This document shows, in pieces, positions 46,100-58,251 of a DNA stretch of 64,000 bases. Where the stretch lies: contig NC_134478.1 in NCBI RefSeq assembly GCF_964194025.1, positions 20,336,001 through 20,400,000 on the forward strand. Reading direction: 5' to 3'. The DNA comes from Convolutriloba macropyga (lineage: Eukaryota). Made by a program: the position numbers and the translations under genes. Each line of letters starts with the position of its first letter. The stretch's first letter is position 1. The notes beneath the pieces were generated by a model that did not search any database, was not told the origin of the DNA, and worked only from the letters and a program-made list of their open reading frames with translations.

Positions 46100-49000
46100 C
46101 ATACTTTTACCTGATCGTACAATGAGTTGCATGTATGTTCCTCGTTTAAAAAATTCTTTTTGTACGCAAGAACCCATCTGAATGAAGAAGGTGCACCAAC
46201 TCCTTTGATCTACTGAGAGCCCCCTTGGAGGACTCCAAAGAAATCAAGTAATCGTCCATGTAAATTTTTTCTAGGACAGCTTCGGTTGCTTCTGGTATTG
46301 ATTTTTATTGACTCGGGCCCTGCGTTGTAATGCATCGTAAACACACACGTGTGGGAGAGTCTTTAGCCCCAAATAAATGGCACGTGTACTAATGCACTAC
46401 AGGATTTATTGGGGGTTCTCCCGCCGCAAAAACGCAATGATGATTTTTCATAGTCAGGGAAATAAACCTGGTGGAACATAACCAAAATATCTGTGGACAC
46501 GGCAAGTTGATGTTGATGGAACCTTAGTAGCAAAAAGAATAAGTCTTGCGCAGGTCGTGCTTAGTGAGCAAAGATGCGTTTCAAGAAGTACACTGGGACT
46601 TTGCTGCCATATTCAGCACCCTGCTTTGTTTGTTCGGGTTAATTACAGCGAGATGCGGTCGGTATCATTCTTTTTCCGCTTTTCAATCATGTGAGCGTTA
46701 GCAACTATTATTATTTATCCCTTTTGCGATCATCGCTAATGGTTTTGGCGTAAATTTTTCTCAGTGCCGCGTCTTTAGAGAGACACTTTTCGAGATATTT
46801 TATTTCTACCTTTGACGAAAAGTGGATAATCGGGAGCTTGATGCAGTCATCAGACCAGAACATAACAACATCGTATCTTTGACAAATGAATGGTTGTTAT
46901 TTCAAGTTTTCCATTAGAAAGAGGAGCCGCTGTCAATTGTGGGTCAACTTGCATGTTGCTACGTAGTATTCCTATCGCACCAAGACAGCCTGGCAAGGAA
47001 TTTAACAAATCGTTTCAAAATTGGGTTCAAAAAAACGTTCGAAAGACTAAAACTGAAATTGACGGACATGGGCCACTGAGAACACAACCTATGTGCAAGC
47101 GAACAGCAAACAGTGAGCAGTTTTTGTCGGCTGCAAATTTCTCTAACGGACGGATGGCTTGGTACACATCCTGTTTAAGTATCATCTCAATGTCTCCATA
47201 GCAGCATCTTAATGGTAGACTGGTATATGGATTACTATTATCTGAAATTGTCTTTGAGTTACTTGGGTTAATTGTTGAGGGCTTAACTGGAAATGCCTGT
47301 GGCGCAAGGTGTTATGGGAGCTGTTGCAGCCATCTTTTCTACTTTTACGGGAGTGGTACAATGCCTAACATGTTTTCATCACCCAAACACACTATTAGCC
47401 ACGACTTTAGCCCACTGAGTGGGATTTTTTGCATTCAGGAAACGGCATTCTTACATCCAATGCCTAAATTCGCATGCAATGCAACTAAGGATTGATATTG
47501 GCCAAAAATTTGTTGTGGCTTCCTGTGATTCTTTTGTTGGGTATTTGCAGCAATTGCCTTGGATGCTACTCTGGTACTTGTAACAGAGTTAACGGTATCC
47601 TCGTTTTGCGTCTTAAAGAACGTATTTTTCATTAAAATGTGCGTTTTTGACTCCTCCTCAAACCAGCCGTTGAAATCAAGAAGAGATGTATTCACAGTGT
47701 TCTCCTTGACAGTGTAATGTGACCATGACTTTTTCATATTGAGTGGAAGCTTCTGCACGGCAGTGTTGAGAAGCGCAGCACTACTTAAATCTGAATCATA
47801 TGAGAGCGATTCATAAACCCCGACAAAACTTGAAATGCGACCTGAATAATTAAAGATATTATCTGTATTTAGCGTCTTCAATGATGGAAAGTTGCTGAAA
47901 TGTTCCAAATGGGCACTTAAAACCACCTGTGAGTGACTAAATTTATGCTCTAAGGATCTCATTTTGTGTTTGTGCATTACACCTCAGTAGGCGAGCTAAC
48001 CGATAGCTGTTTTAGTTTTGCTAGTTTCGATAGCCTTTAGGTATGTCAGTTTAACATCATCATTTAGAAAGTTTGAGTCAATCGCGCTTCTAAACTGACC
48101 AGACCAATCGTGTCACCGTAACAGATCCCCGTTGTTTTGGTAAAACTTCAATTTGGGTAGCAGTCGTTCCTCTTGCTATTTATAGCGTCAACCATTGGCT
48201 TAAAAGGACTTACGCTTTCTGCTTAAAAAAGGTATGCGTTTTCCGATTTGCGTTTTCAGCAGATACGGTGGGCCACACCTGCACAATGGTGTAAGAGCAT
48301 TACGACCGTGCACTAGTTTGGCGTGATGAAAGGTGATGCAAATTTAGTTGCCGTACTCAAGGTGTTAACTGGTATATAACATGTTGCTAAATGGTTTCTA
48401 TCAACTATTTGTGGCGAAGTCGATTACCAAATGAGATTTCTGACGACGGTTTTAGCAGTGCCTGATCGTAGTACGATATGAGTGATTTTCCCCTGATTGG
48501 CCTTTGGGGGGCTGTTTCTCGGAAAACACAACAGTTTCAAGTCAAGATGAAATTGTGTTCTGAATGGAACGTTAAATTGAGGTGAATTCTCCTGCTGTGA
48601 AAAATGAGGGTTACGCAGATGCCACTGACTGGGCATACTAGAACTTGCCCGTCTCAAGTGAACAGCGGATTGACCCGTAATTTTATTTGCCGGTGGCTTT
48701 CTTAATAGATCAGGTTCAAAAAGTTTGGATTCGGTGGTGTCTGATATTTTGCACGATGATTTTAACTTGCTTCCCTGGATATTTAACAACACCACCTGAG
48801 AATTTTTTTGTGTTCCAAACTTTGGTCAATGCGAGATGCCTGCAGTTGAGCATGCAAGTGTTCACGAGAAAGCGCTTCTTGTTGACAAAATGGAATTGCA
48901 ACGTTCGTGGCAATATGTACTGAGACAACATTTGAATATGGTTCAAGTTAATGGAAATATTACCTAAGTCTTTACTCTGTACAGCATTATCATTCAAGTC

Positions 49001-49700
49001 TGAAGAGAACATCGCAGTTTGATTGATTGTTTCTGCGAGATGATTTTTCTCCGGAAAATCTTGAAAGGGAGAGTGGGTGGTAACTGAACCATTACGCAAC
49101 AATTTTACTCACTTGAGGCGGTCAGTGAATAAACGGCGAAACTAATTTACCCAATCCAGTACAATTTTTCACTTATCAGCCATCCTTGAGGAAATTTAGT
49201 TCACTTGAGTGATGACTAAGCAATGAACAATATTTTTTGTTTAAAGTACTAAAGTACCCTCGGCCCCATTTGCATTTTCAGCTCCTTATGGCAATTTCGT
49301 GTTTTTGTTTGAAAAACTGCATGGCAGCTTGCTCCTGTTGCCCAGCTTCCTCATGTTTCACTTGCCACGAGAAAATTATACTGTGTCCTAGTCATGAACC
49401 AGTCAATATAATTTCTAGCCGCTTGCAAAAATTTGTCATTGTTCTTAGTTACATAATTCAATCACTACTCAAGGACAGGATACATTGATTCTCGTTTTCT
49501 TTTCAGCGTTTTTAGTTTTATCAGCCAAAACAAAGAGTTCTGCGTTCTTCTCCAACAATCTACTGAAGGACTCTTTCAACTTAGAAGGCGAGTAATCGAG
49601 AAACGAAATGCAACTGACGCAAACTCCTGGCAAAAAGCACGTAAACAAGAAGAGCCGTAATAGAACGGGCGCAGAAGGATTAACCAACAAGCGAGGAGGC
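46100..49700 (-). mobile_element. Degenerate BEL/Pao LTR retrotransposon fragment (gag to RT)
   Basis: Gag LLPKLK..DWSGQFRSAID..DDVKLTYLK (~48160-48040). ORF 47435-47977 contains AVQKLPLNMKKSW. RT motifs YRPHLAVINPNK..RVLNMAAK (~46670-46600), HLFGAKDSP (~46380-46350) and IYMDDY (~46265-46248). Confidence 0.85.
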
Positions 49701-50689
49701 CGGCAGAACTATGGTAGCAGACCAAAGCCACAAAAGTCACAAAATACAAAAGTATTTAATTAAATCTGCTTATAATATTTGGAAGAATGATTTTTCAATA
49801 TTGAGAATTATTTTTCTAAATTTTTTCAAATTGATCTAAAGTGACCAAATATTTTCAAAATTAAACAATTTAGCATAATGCTCTCTCTCATTTTTTTCTA
49901 TATCAGTGGTTATCTTTGATATAGAAACCGGCTTGATCAGTTTTTTTGCGAATTTTTTCATAACTCTACTAAAATTTCAAAATCGATGTTTTTTCATCTC
50001 AAAGATTAATTTTGTGGGGTTATTGGAGACCGGTTTCCCATTTTTATTGAAGCACTTTGATTCTGAGATACTGTGATGCCCAAAATTTTACTTTCTACAC
50101 TGTCAAATTGAGTTGAAATTGGGTTTTGCTGTCAAATTATGACAAATAAGTTAGCCAGAACTCAATATTTCACTTTTACAGTTTTTGAAGCCATTTGTTC
50201 TCTGGTCGTTGATTTGTCTGATATCGTTTCATCTTTGACTTTTGACCGGGTAAAACACATCTCCATCTCGGGATACTTTTGAGGCTGTGAAGTCGGAGTC
50301 ACAGTCCTCTAAAGATGACAATGTCTGGGACTGTGACGATGTCGGACTCATTAATGGTAGAAGTAGAAGGGTCAAAGATACATGCCCTGATGCTCACACA
50401 CCGTACAATGTCACCGGACTTCACAGATCGCACATTGTGTCTCTCTTCTTATTCTCTTGAATTAGACTCAATTAGAATGAGAGAATGACAATATACATCC
50501 AGAATCGGTTTCTTGTCGTTATTTTGGATAAACTTGTCCGCATTTGTGTAGTTAAACATGTGGTACCTCATATACACTGCATACTTCATTGGTAAGAAAA
50601 GCTTTCATAGATTAGGTATTTAAATATGATAGATAGATAGATTTAATTTATTAGCGACCAAAATAAACCACAAAATAAACCAAAGATTG

Positions 50690-51650
50690 CCAAACACTAT
50701 ATTAAACGATTATTTTTGAAAGAATTGAAAAAATTGACTGACGAGCCCTGAGACTCAATTTTGGGCTACCATTTTCTTGCAAGAAAGGAGGAGAAAGGCA
50801 ATTAATGATAGAACCGACTGATTGAAGATCAGAATGTTGATTTGATATTTATTTTAATTAAATAGTTGTTATGCAAGACAAATATCTTTTTTGGGTGACA
50901 CTCTACAATTTCCTTCGAATCCCTATGATTGAAGATGCTAAGCCCAATAACGTTCAAAAGTGTTTTAAGAAAACACATTTTCGATTTTCATGGTAACAAG
51001 TTGTTTTGTGGAAGTCAATTTGGATTTCTCGGAAGTCAAATAGGAAGAAAAATTAAACCATAGTAGACAGATACTGCAAAAAGTTCACCAGAAGTAAGAC
51101 TGATAAATCCTTGTATGTCTCATGTGCTTGACTTTTAAAAAGCATTTGATTCCATCGACTACAGAATATTGGACACTAAGTTGTTAGGTCTAGGATTTAG
51201 AAAAATCTCACCATGAAAGACTAATCAGAAGTTTTCATAGCAACCAGAGCTCAATGGTTGTCCTCCATGAAGCTCATTCGGGAAAATGGTCTTGAGAATT
51301 AGGTCAATCTATGCTACACAATTATGTAACACTACACGATTATCCGTCGAAAATGCGACTCTGGTCATACACTACTTCCAATCGAACTTTTCTTGCAGAC
51401 CGAAAGATTGCAATAATTTGATTGATAAAAACAAGAATTGCATCTTGCGGTAAAATCGTTATACCTGCAGGTTTCTTTGCTGAGTTCTATTTTCTGCACG
51501 CAGAAACAGTACTTTGGTCATACGTACTCAAAAATTTGTATCTCAGGTTATGCTTCTATGAAAAAGTTTTGTCATCTTATTAAGAAATTTCAGTTTTAAT
51601 TGAGCATATTGGGCTTCTCGTGCGTTCAAAATATGCGGAAAATGTTTTCA
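50690..51650 (+). mobile_element. Decayed non-LTR retrotransposon (CR1/L2-like) RT remnant
   Basis: QFGF (~51017) and VLDF*KAFDSIDYRILDTKLLGLGFR (51124-51201), the canonical LINE RT motif. Confidence 0.75.
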
Positions 51651-52454
51651 AAAAGAAGTCCACAGGGCAAATCTATCTCATTTGGAGGTGGCGCATGTAG
51701 GATAAGTACTTAAAATTTCTACTGGTAGAAAACGTGTTATTTAGAATTTCTATATATGTCATTTTAATGCATAGTCTTCTGATATACTACTAGAAAGAGT
51801 CAATCCCAAGTGGAAAAATCTTTTCATTCCAGTTTATTGTTGTTTCTGTCAAACCCAGACTCAGATCGAGAAATACAAAACCATGATTTTTGCAATTTAC
51901 TATGCTTTTCCCGTTCTACTCAATGATTTAAATGAAAGTGAAATTGCACTAACTTGTATGAGCGCTGCGTCGTATTACATGTGGTATGAACAGAACTCGC
52001 ATTTATGAACCGGTAAAATTTGTTACTTTTTAATTTTAAAAGGAATTTCAATTTACTAATTTGATTTAAACTCTTTCAAGTTTCCGTCAGATTACGTTTC
52101 AGTTGATTTCATTTGTAGTTCTTCGAAAACATTTGTTTCGTGTCCTCTAAGTTCGCGTATTCGTTTTACCGACCTTTAGTTCTTTATCTTAATGAAAAAC
52201 TCTTTTGATAACAAACTTTTGATAACAAATTTCTTAGTTTTTAGGCTTCTTGTCTAATTTTGCACAAATCTAAACTAAAGCCAAAAGGCGGAGCTGTTTT
52301 CAATTTTACTATTCTCAACTGCATCGAGAGTTTCACTGTTAAAAATGTTCTGTTTTCAAGATATTAATAACTTTTTTCGATAAAATATTCAGTTGTGGCT
52401 AGATATCTTTATGTTCCGAATAGTTTGCATCAATTGCTTGGTTCAAATGGTTGG

Positions 52455-55400
52455 TTCAAATGCTTGGTCATTGCGTGGTGTTACAGTCAGTTCAAACAAC
52501 TTAGTGTCTACAACCTCCTCAGTATTTATACCCTTGACTGTTAGTTTCAATGGAAGCAAAGACTTTTTGTAAGACTATTGAACTTCTGGACTAATGGACA
52601 ACGTTTGCTAGTGTTGCGCATGAACTTATTTCGCAGCACCGGAATATAGGTGAAAACACTCTATCGTAATCTTTATTCGATGCAAGATAAGGCAACACAA
52701 CTGTCAGTAACGTATCAGATTCACACAACTGGCTCAAAACCGGCGAATCTAGCAACATTTTTTGGCAGGTCTCAGTCTAAGATCGGTCACCGATAATTTT
52801 TGAAACATAAAAATATTCAGACTAAGACGAGCGCAATCGATTTAATTTATTGGTAGGTTCAACAAAAAATATGTTAAACGAACATTTTCTGAGCTTTCTA
52901 TGTATATTAGAACGGATATAAACAAAACTTACATGATTAAGAGTATACGTAATAAACTTTCTTGCTTTCATTTGTCGCCAGATAGATTGCTCATTTCAAT
53001 TAATTAGAGAGTTGCTCATTTTGCTACTTACTCTGCAACATCCTCCGGCCCGTAAAAAGATGTTGGGAGGATCGGTACAAGCTAAACGAGTGGGCGGACG
53101 AGGATCCGGATGACGTGCGTACGATTGCGGAGCGAGATCTGAAAATTCCGACGAACAGTGAAGTAGAATGCGCCAAAGTAATCAACCCCGGTATTGGTAA
53201 TGGCAGAAGACTCTTGTGCAAGTCTCTCACTTGGGGGTACGTCATGATTGGTTGAAAGGTTGCCACACAGAAATTTCTCCACAAAACGCAAATTGACTTG
53301 ATGGTACGCAGTGAGAAACGCTGTTTAAGGATGGCATAGCGTTCCTGTACCTTTGACCGTAAGTAATCAATGCCCTGATGACGGCTTTTCAAGTGAGTCT
53401 GCCGCAGGAACAGTTTAACAAACGTTAGATGCGCTTACAGTGCGATAGGATGCTTGGTGTCAAAGCCAATTTCCACCAGCCGGTGTCGACCAGAAGAACG
53501 AATCAGACCATGAGGCTCAAGAACCGGCAAAGAAAGCAATGCGGGTGCTCCTCTTAACAGGTTTCTTGTCAAGAAGGTCCCTTCTTTCAGTACTAAAGGA
53601 GTCGCCTGGAACACTGGAGACGACGCTCGGCTTCGTCAAGCTCAACAGGGTCCGTTATGCTGCCGTTTACGGTCTGGTAACTTTCATGAGATGGTAAAAG
53701 ACCGAGCATAAATGCGCTGACACGAAGTAATTTTTGAAAAGAACTGAACTTATGAAAAGTGATTAATGGCTCCTTAGATCTTTAAGGGGCATGGTTGCAG
53801 ATGCGGATAAACAAGAAGTGGAGTCAACATCTTATTCCTTGGTTACAACGCCGAGCTTGATGTCATCGACGACGTCAGTATTTGGTACGAAGGGGAATTG
53901 CTTAGTTCTCGAGAAGTCAGGACCCCTCACCCAGCTAACGAAATGCAAAACATCAGCGAACATACCACGCGTGTCAGCATCTGCCGGATTATCACATTGG
54001 TGACATGGTTCCATTGGTCAAAGCTGGTTTTCTCCAAGATTTCACTTACGCGATTTGCGATAATGATTGGATGTTTATTTGTTGAGTTTATCCATTGCAA
54101 GGCATTGACACTATCTTTCCGCAAGAATACTTTATGCACAGTAACGGTTAATGCTCGACAGATTTCGCTTTTTAAACGTGCAGCGAGGAGAGCGGTTTGT
54201 AATGCCAACTTAGGAACTGTCATTACCTTCATATGCGTGACGCGGCACTTGCCCAGGACAACCCTCAGCTCTGTTGTAATCTCCCCGGAAGCGCATTTTA
54301 CCTGAGCCGTAAGAAAGCCTATTTCACTGACTACGTCTTGCGATCTATCACCAAACATGTGGAGTTCAAGATGTTGGATCGGTCCTGAAAAGTAACTTCT
54401 TGGTACAGTGATCTTAGCCAACTGCGGCAGTTCATTACACCATGCAATGAATCTGTCAACTGTGTCTTTGGGTAACTCGTCACCCCAGCGTTGTCCATTG
54501 ACACGCCAAATGTCTTACCAGATTAACCGAGCACCTACAGTAAACGGTGTAACAAGACCAATTGGGTCGTGGAACCTTGACACACGAGTCAAGACCAAGC
54601 GCTGTGATAAGCTTTTCGTGGCGATGCTGTTAGAACCCCTGCTTACAACCAGAGTACCGTTGTTGTGATCCCACTTAAGTCCAAACACGTGCATTGATTC
54701 CTCTTTGGATGAAACGATGACTTTTGACTTAGTGGATTGAGCAGACCCGTCAAATTGGTCAGCCAGATCTGCATACAAACTTAGTAAGCTTGAACTCACT
54801 CAGATGAAGACGATGTACCAATTCCGAGCTAATGAGGGCTCTCTTGGGGGATTCCACTGAATTTAAGTGATAGTTCATGTAAAAGTTCCTAAGGACGGCT
54901 TTCGCGGCTTGCGGATACTCCTTAGCATTATCACTTGCCGTGCGCCGAAGCGCGTAGTTGGCGCACGTGGGCGAGTATTTTGCCCCGTAAACATGGCGTG
55001 TATACTGGTGCACCACAACATCTGATGTTGGTTCCTCCTGCCTTAAAACGCGCAAAAACGGCTGATCACATGGTTAATACTCCAACTCGGAGGAACATTC
55101 CCTTGATGCCGGCGGATACGGCAATTGGATGTTGTCTGAACCGTATATGTACATAGATTTGGTTTTGTAGCTAACCAGTTCCTGTGAGTAATGACTTACT
55201 AAGAGATGCTTATTATTAGGAGATGGAATTGAGCTGCTCTGTTTAGTACCCTACGAAACTCACCCGGCTTGTTCGGGTTAACAACCGGATGGTTTAGTAG
55301 TGCCATTCTCGTTTCGAGCGATTTTCGTTATGAGCATCATTGACACTTACTACGTAGCCCTTGTCTAGGTCCTCTTTGATGATATTCGAATATTTTTTGT

Positions 55401-56524
55401 CTTGAAGGCTGGTCTTTCGTAAGCCGTTTTTCCAAAGATTTTAATTGAACCAGCGCTGAGAAAGAATTGTTGGCAATTTGATGTTACCTTCGGCCCATAG
55501 CATTCCGACATCATATCTTTTTCCATTATGCACTGTGGTGTTTTTAAGAACATCATGAGCACGTGCATCTGCAGCAGATCGTGGGTTTACTTGATTAAGT
55601 GCGCCATACGACTCCATGTCGTACCAAGATTTTACTTGACTGGGGAGTTCAAAATTCTGCTCCATATTAGTTTTAAAACAAGTTGAGATTAAACCTGAAG
55701 ACGACAGTAGAGGGACTCTTAGAACCCAGCCTATGGGCAAGCGAACAACGAAGGGCGAGCACCTCTCGTCGGCAGCGAAGCACTCTAGCGGGAGGATGGC
55801 ATGATATACATCCTGTCCAAGTATCATTTTAATTTTTCCATAGCAATATGTAACCGGGTATTTCTCTAGAAGTGCTTTGATGTTGATCACGTCGACACCT
55901 ACATTCAAATCTTCCTTCACGTAAAAACGAACTTGAAAACGTTCAAATGCTTGGTTATTGCGTGGTGTTACAGTTAGTTCAACCAACTTAGTGTCTACAA
56001 CCTCCTCAGTGTTTATACTTTTGACTGTTAGTTTCAAAGGAAGCCAATTCTTTTTGCAAGACTATTGAACTCCTAGACTATTGGACAACGTTTGCTAGTG
56101 TTGCGCTAAAACTTATTTCGCAGCACTAGAATAAAGGTGAAAACACTCTATCGTAATCTTTATTCGATGCAAGTTAACGGAAGACAACTGTCAGTAACGT
56201 GTCAGATTCATACAACTGCTTCAAAACCGGCATATCTAGCAACATTTTTTAGCAAGTCTTAGTCTAAGATCGATCACCGATAGGTTTTTGAAACATAAAA
56301 GAATTTTAAGCCTAAAGCGAGCGCAATCGATTCAGTTTATTGGTAGGCTCAACGAATTTATGTTACTTTTTCTTTTTCTGAGCTTTCACGTATAATAGAA
56401 AGGTTATAAGACACACATGGTTAAGAATTTACGTAATAAACTTTCTCCTTTTCGTTTCTCGCTGGATGGATTGCTCATTTCATTCAAATAGAGCGTTGCT
56501 CATTTTGCTATTTACTCTGTAACA
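52455..56524 (-). mobile_element. Internally deleted BEL/Pao element flanked by ~580-bp direct repeats
   Basis: Repeats at 52455-53040 and 55941-56524 start TGTT(G/A)CAGAG on the minus strand. PPT cgggccggagga at 53041-53052. Protease-region ILGQDVYHAI, RT HVYGAKYSPTCANYAL, Pao RNase H LELHMFGD..PKLALQTALLAARL, and integrase N-terminus HQGIDYL..TGVDYFG. Gag, PBS and the integrase core are absent. Confidence 0.9.
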
Positions 56525-57079
56525 TCAATAATATGAAAAAAAAAACACAGTTGATAATTTAAGATCAAGAATTTTTTCATTTGCCGATTACTCAATATTT
56601 CACAAATTTTATGAGAATTAGAATTCTATCGGTCTTCTATCAAAAGCAATGTCACAGAAAAAAAAACTTTAAAATTATAAAACTGTTAAAATGTTCTGGC
56701 CAGTTTTGCCTCTAAAATTTATGGCCAGTCATGATGAATACGTTCTATATTTCTTTTTTTGTCTGAGTACTAATTCAAGTGTTTTGTGAAAAATGTTCCT
56801 CGGTTCTCCAATCTTTTTGACCGTGTTACGCAGTGTTTCTTCTTAGTTAGCAAAAATGAGCACAGAAAACAAAAAGCTAGTCAAAACATTACAACACACG
56901 TAAACACACGTTGTTAAACATCGTTTGTGATCTTCTAAACTCAGTTAGTATAAATTGTTAGTGCTTGCAACAAAAAATTATTTTTTAACGTTCTCATGTT
57001 CAAATTTTTATTTTTCCGATATTAAACATTGTTAAGAACACGTTGCTTTTTTTCTATTTTTAAGGTAGGTTCATACTTT

Positions 57080-57500
57080 TTCCGACGAATGGATGTCAAC
57101 GAGGAGTGGAATTAGAATTAACGAGACTGAGTCATGCCGGAGTAATAAAACGACAACAAAGTGACTTGTTTCAGAAAAGTGCTTTTTTCCAGACCACTTT
57201 TGACGTGAAGGAGAAAATTGTCTTTGAACAAACTGCTGGTAATGTGACCTCTGCTCTTCCATTTTTACTGTTTCTTCAATTTGAATGTTATAAGGAATGT
57301 AATATATGGGCTTCAACTTTTCCAATTTGCAAGAATTCAAATCCCTCATCGGGAAGCGATTGTTTTTATGACTTTTGTTGTTGTAAAAAACATCGACTTT
57401 TCGATTTTTCTGGACAGTATTCTGGACTGAATCTTCTGTTCTCATTTTGATTTTTGACCTTTTCGTTGTTTTCTTACCCAATACCTCATAAATGAGAACC
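57080..57500 (-). mobile_element. Possible hAT (GTF2IRD2/Charlie-like) transposase N-terminal remnant
   Basis: Mixed-frame translation gives K..KRSKI.NENRRFSPE and KWS.K..F.E..FVV.L..HDSVS...R.H, resembling the ENRRFQ.EW...CLLC..SVS...RH zinc motif of this family. Weak. Confidence 0.3.
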
Positions 57501-58251
57501 AACCTCGTTTTCCAGAAAAACTCAAGATTCCCTGATGGAGTTTATAAAAATATATGTTATGAGATTTGGTTAAGAATTTTAATACATTTTTACGCAGCTG
57601 TGTTTTGTTAATTTTTGGTTGTCGATGAAGTTATTGACCATTTGTATTAAGTCATTGACCAATTATACGGACTCTATACACTTGTGAATTTTTGCACTTT
57701 TAGGCAATTTTTGAATTCAGTTAATAAATTAAATAGGTTCTTGTTATTTGTGTTTGAGACAAGGACAAAGGTATCCAGACAACAGATGGACGGACAAGAC
57801 TCATCTGCAGAATGCTGAGCCCTGTGTACTGTGTGGATCATGTTCTTTGCGGCGACATTGTGTATAGTAGAGAGAAGACAAAATCAGAACACGGTACCAT
57901 CGAGTAACTACACTTAACATTTTTTTTCTTATTTTGCGCAGCAAGACGTAATTCTTAAACTTAGCTTTATGCGCCCCATGCAATCCTGTTAATGAGATCA
58001 GAGATGTAATTCAAAATTATGTCCCAGTTTTTTGTCCTATTGGCTACACTCTAAAAAAATCGGTTTCGTTAAAATACTTGGAACATACATTTGATTAAAG
58101 AGAGCGCATAGCGGGGGATTAGTATACATATTGTAATAATACATATGCATTATTATTATACATGATTATATAATATGAGAGAATAGTTTGAAGTCTGTCC
58201 TTGATTTGCATTCATTTTCTCATCACACTACTTGAGCTAAGGTGAGTTTGT

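Noticed and set aside
50738-50770. Hammerhead ribozyme (ctgacga-gccc...gggc)
   Set aside because: The GAAA core required after stem II is missing, and no stems I/III were found.
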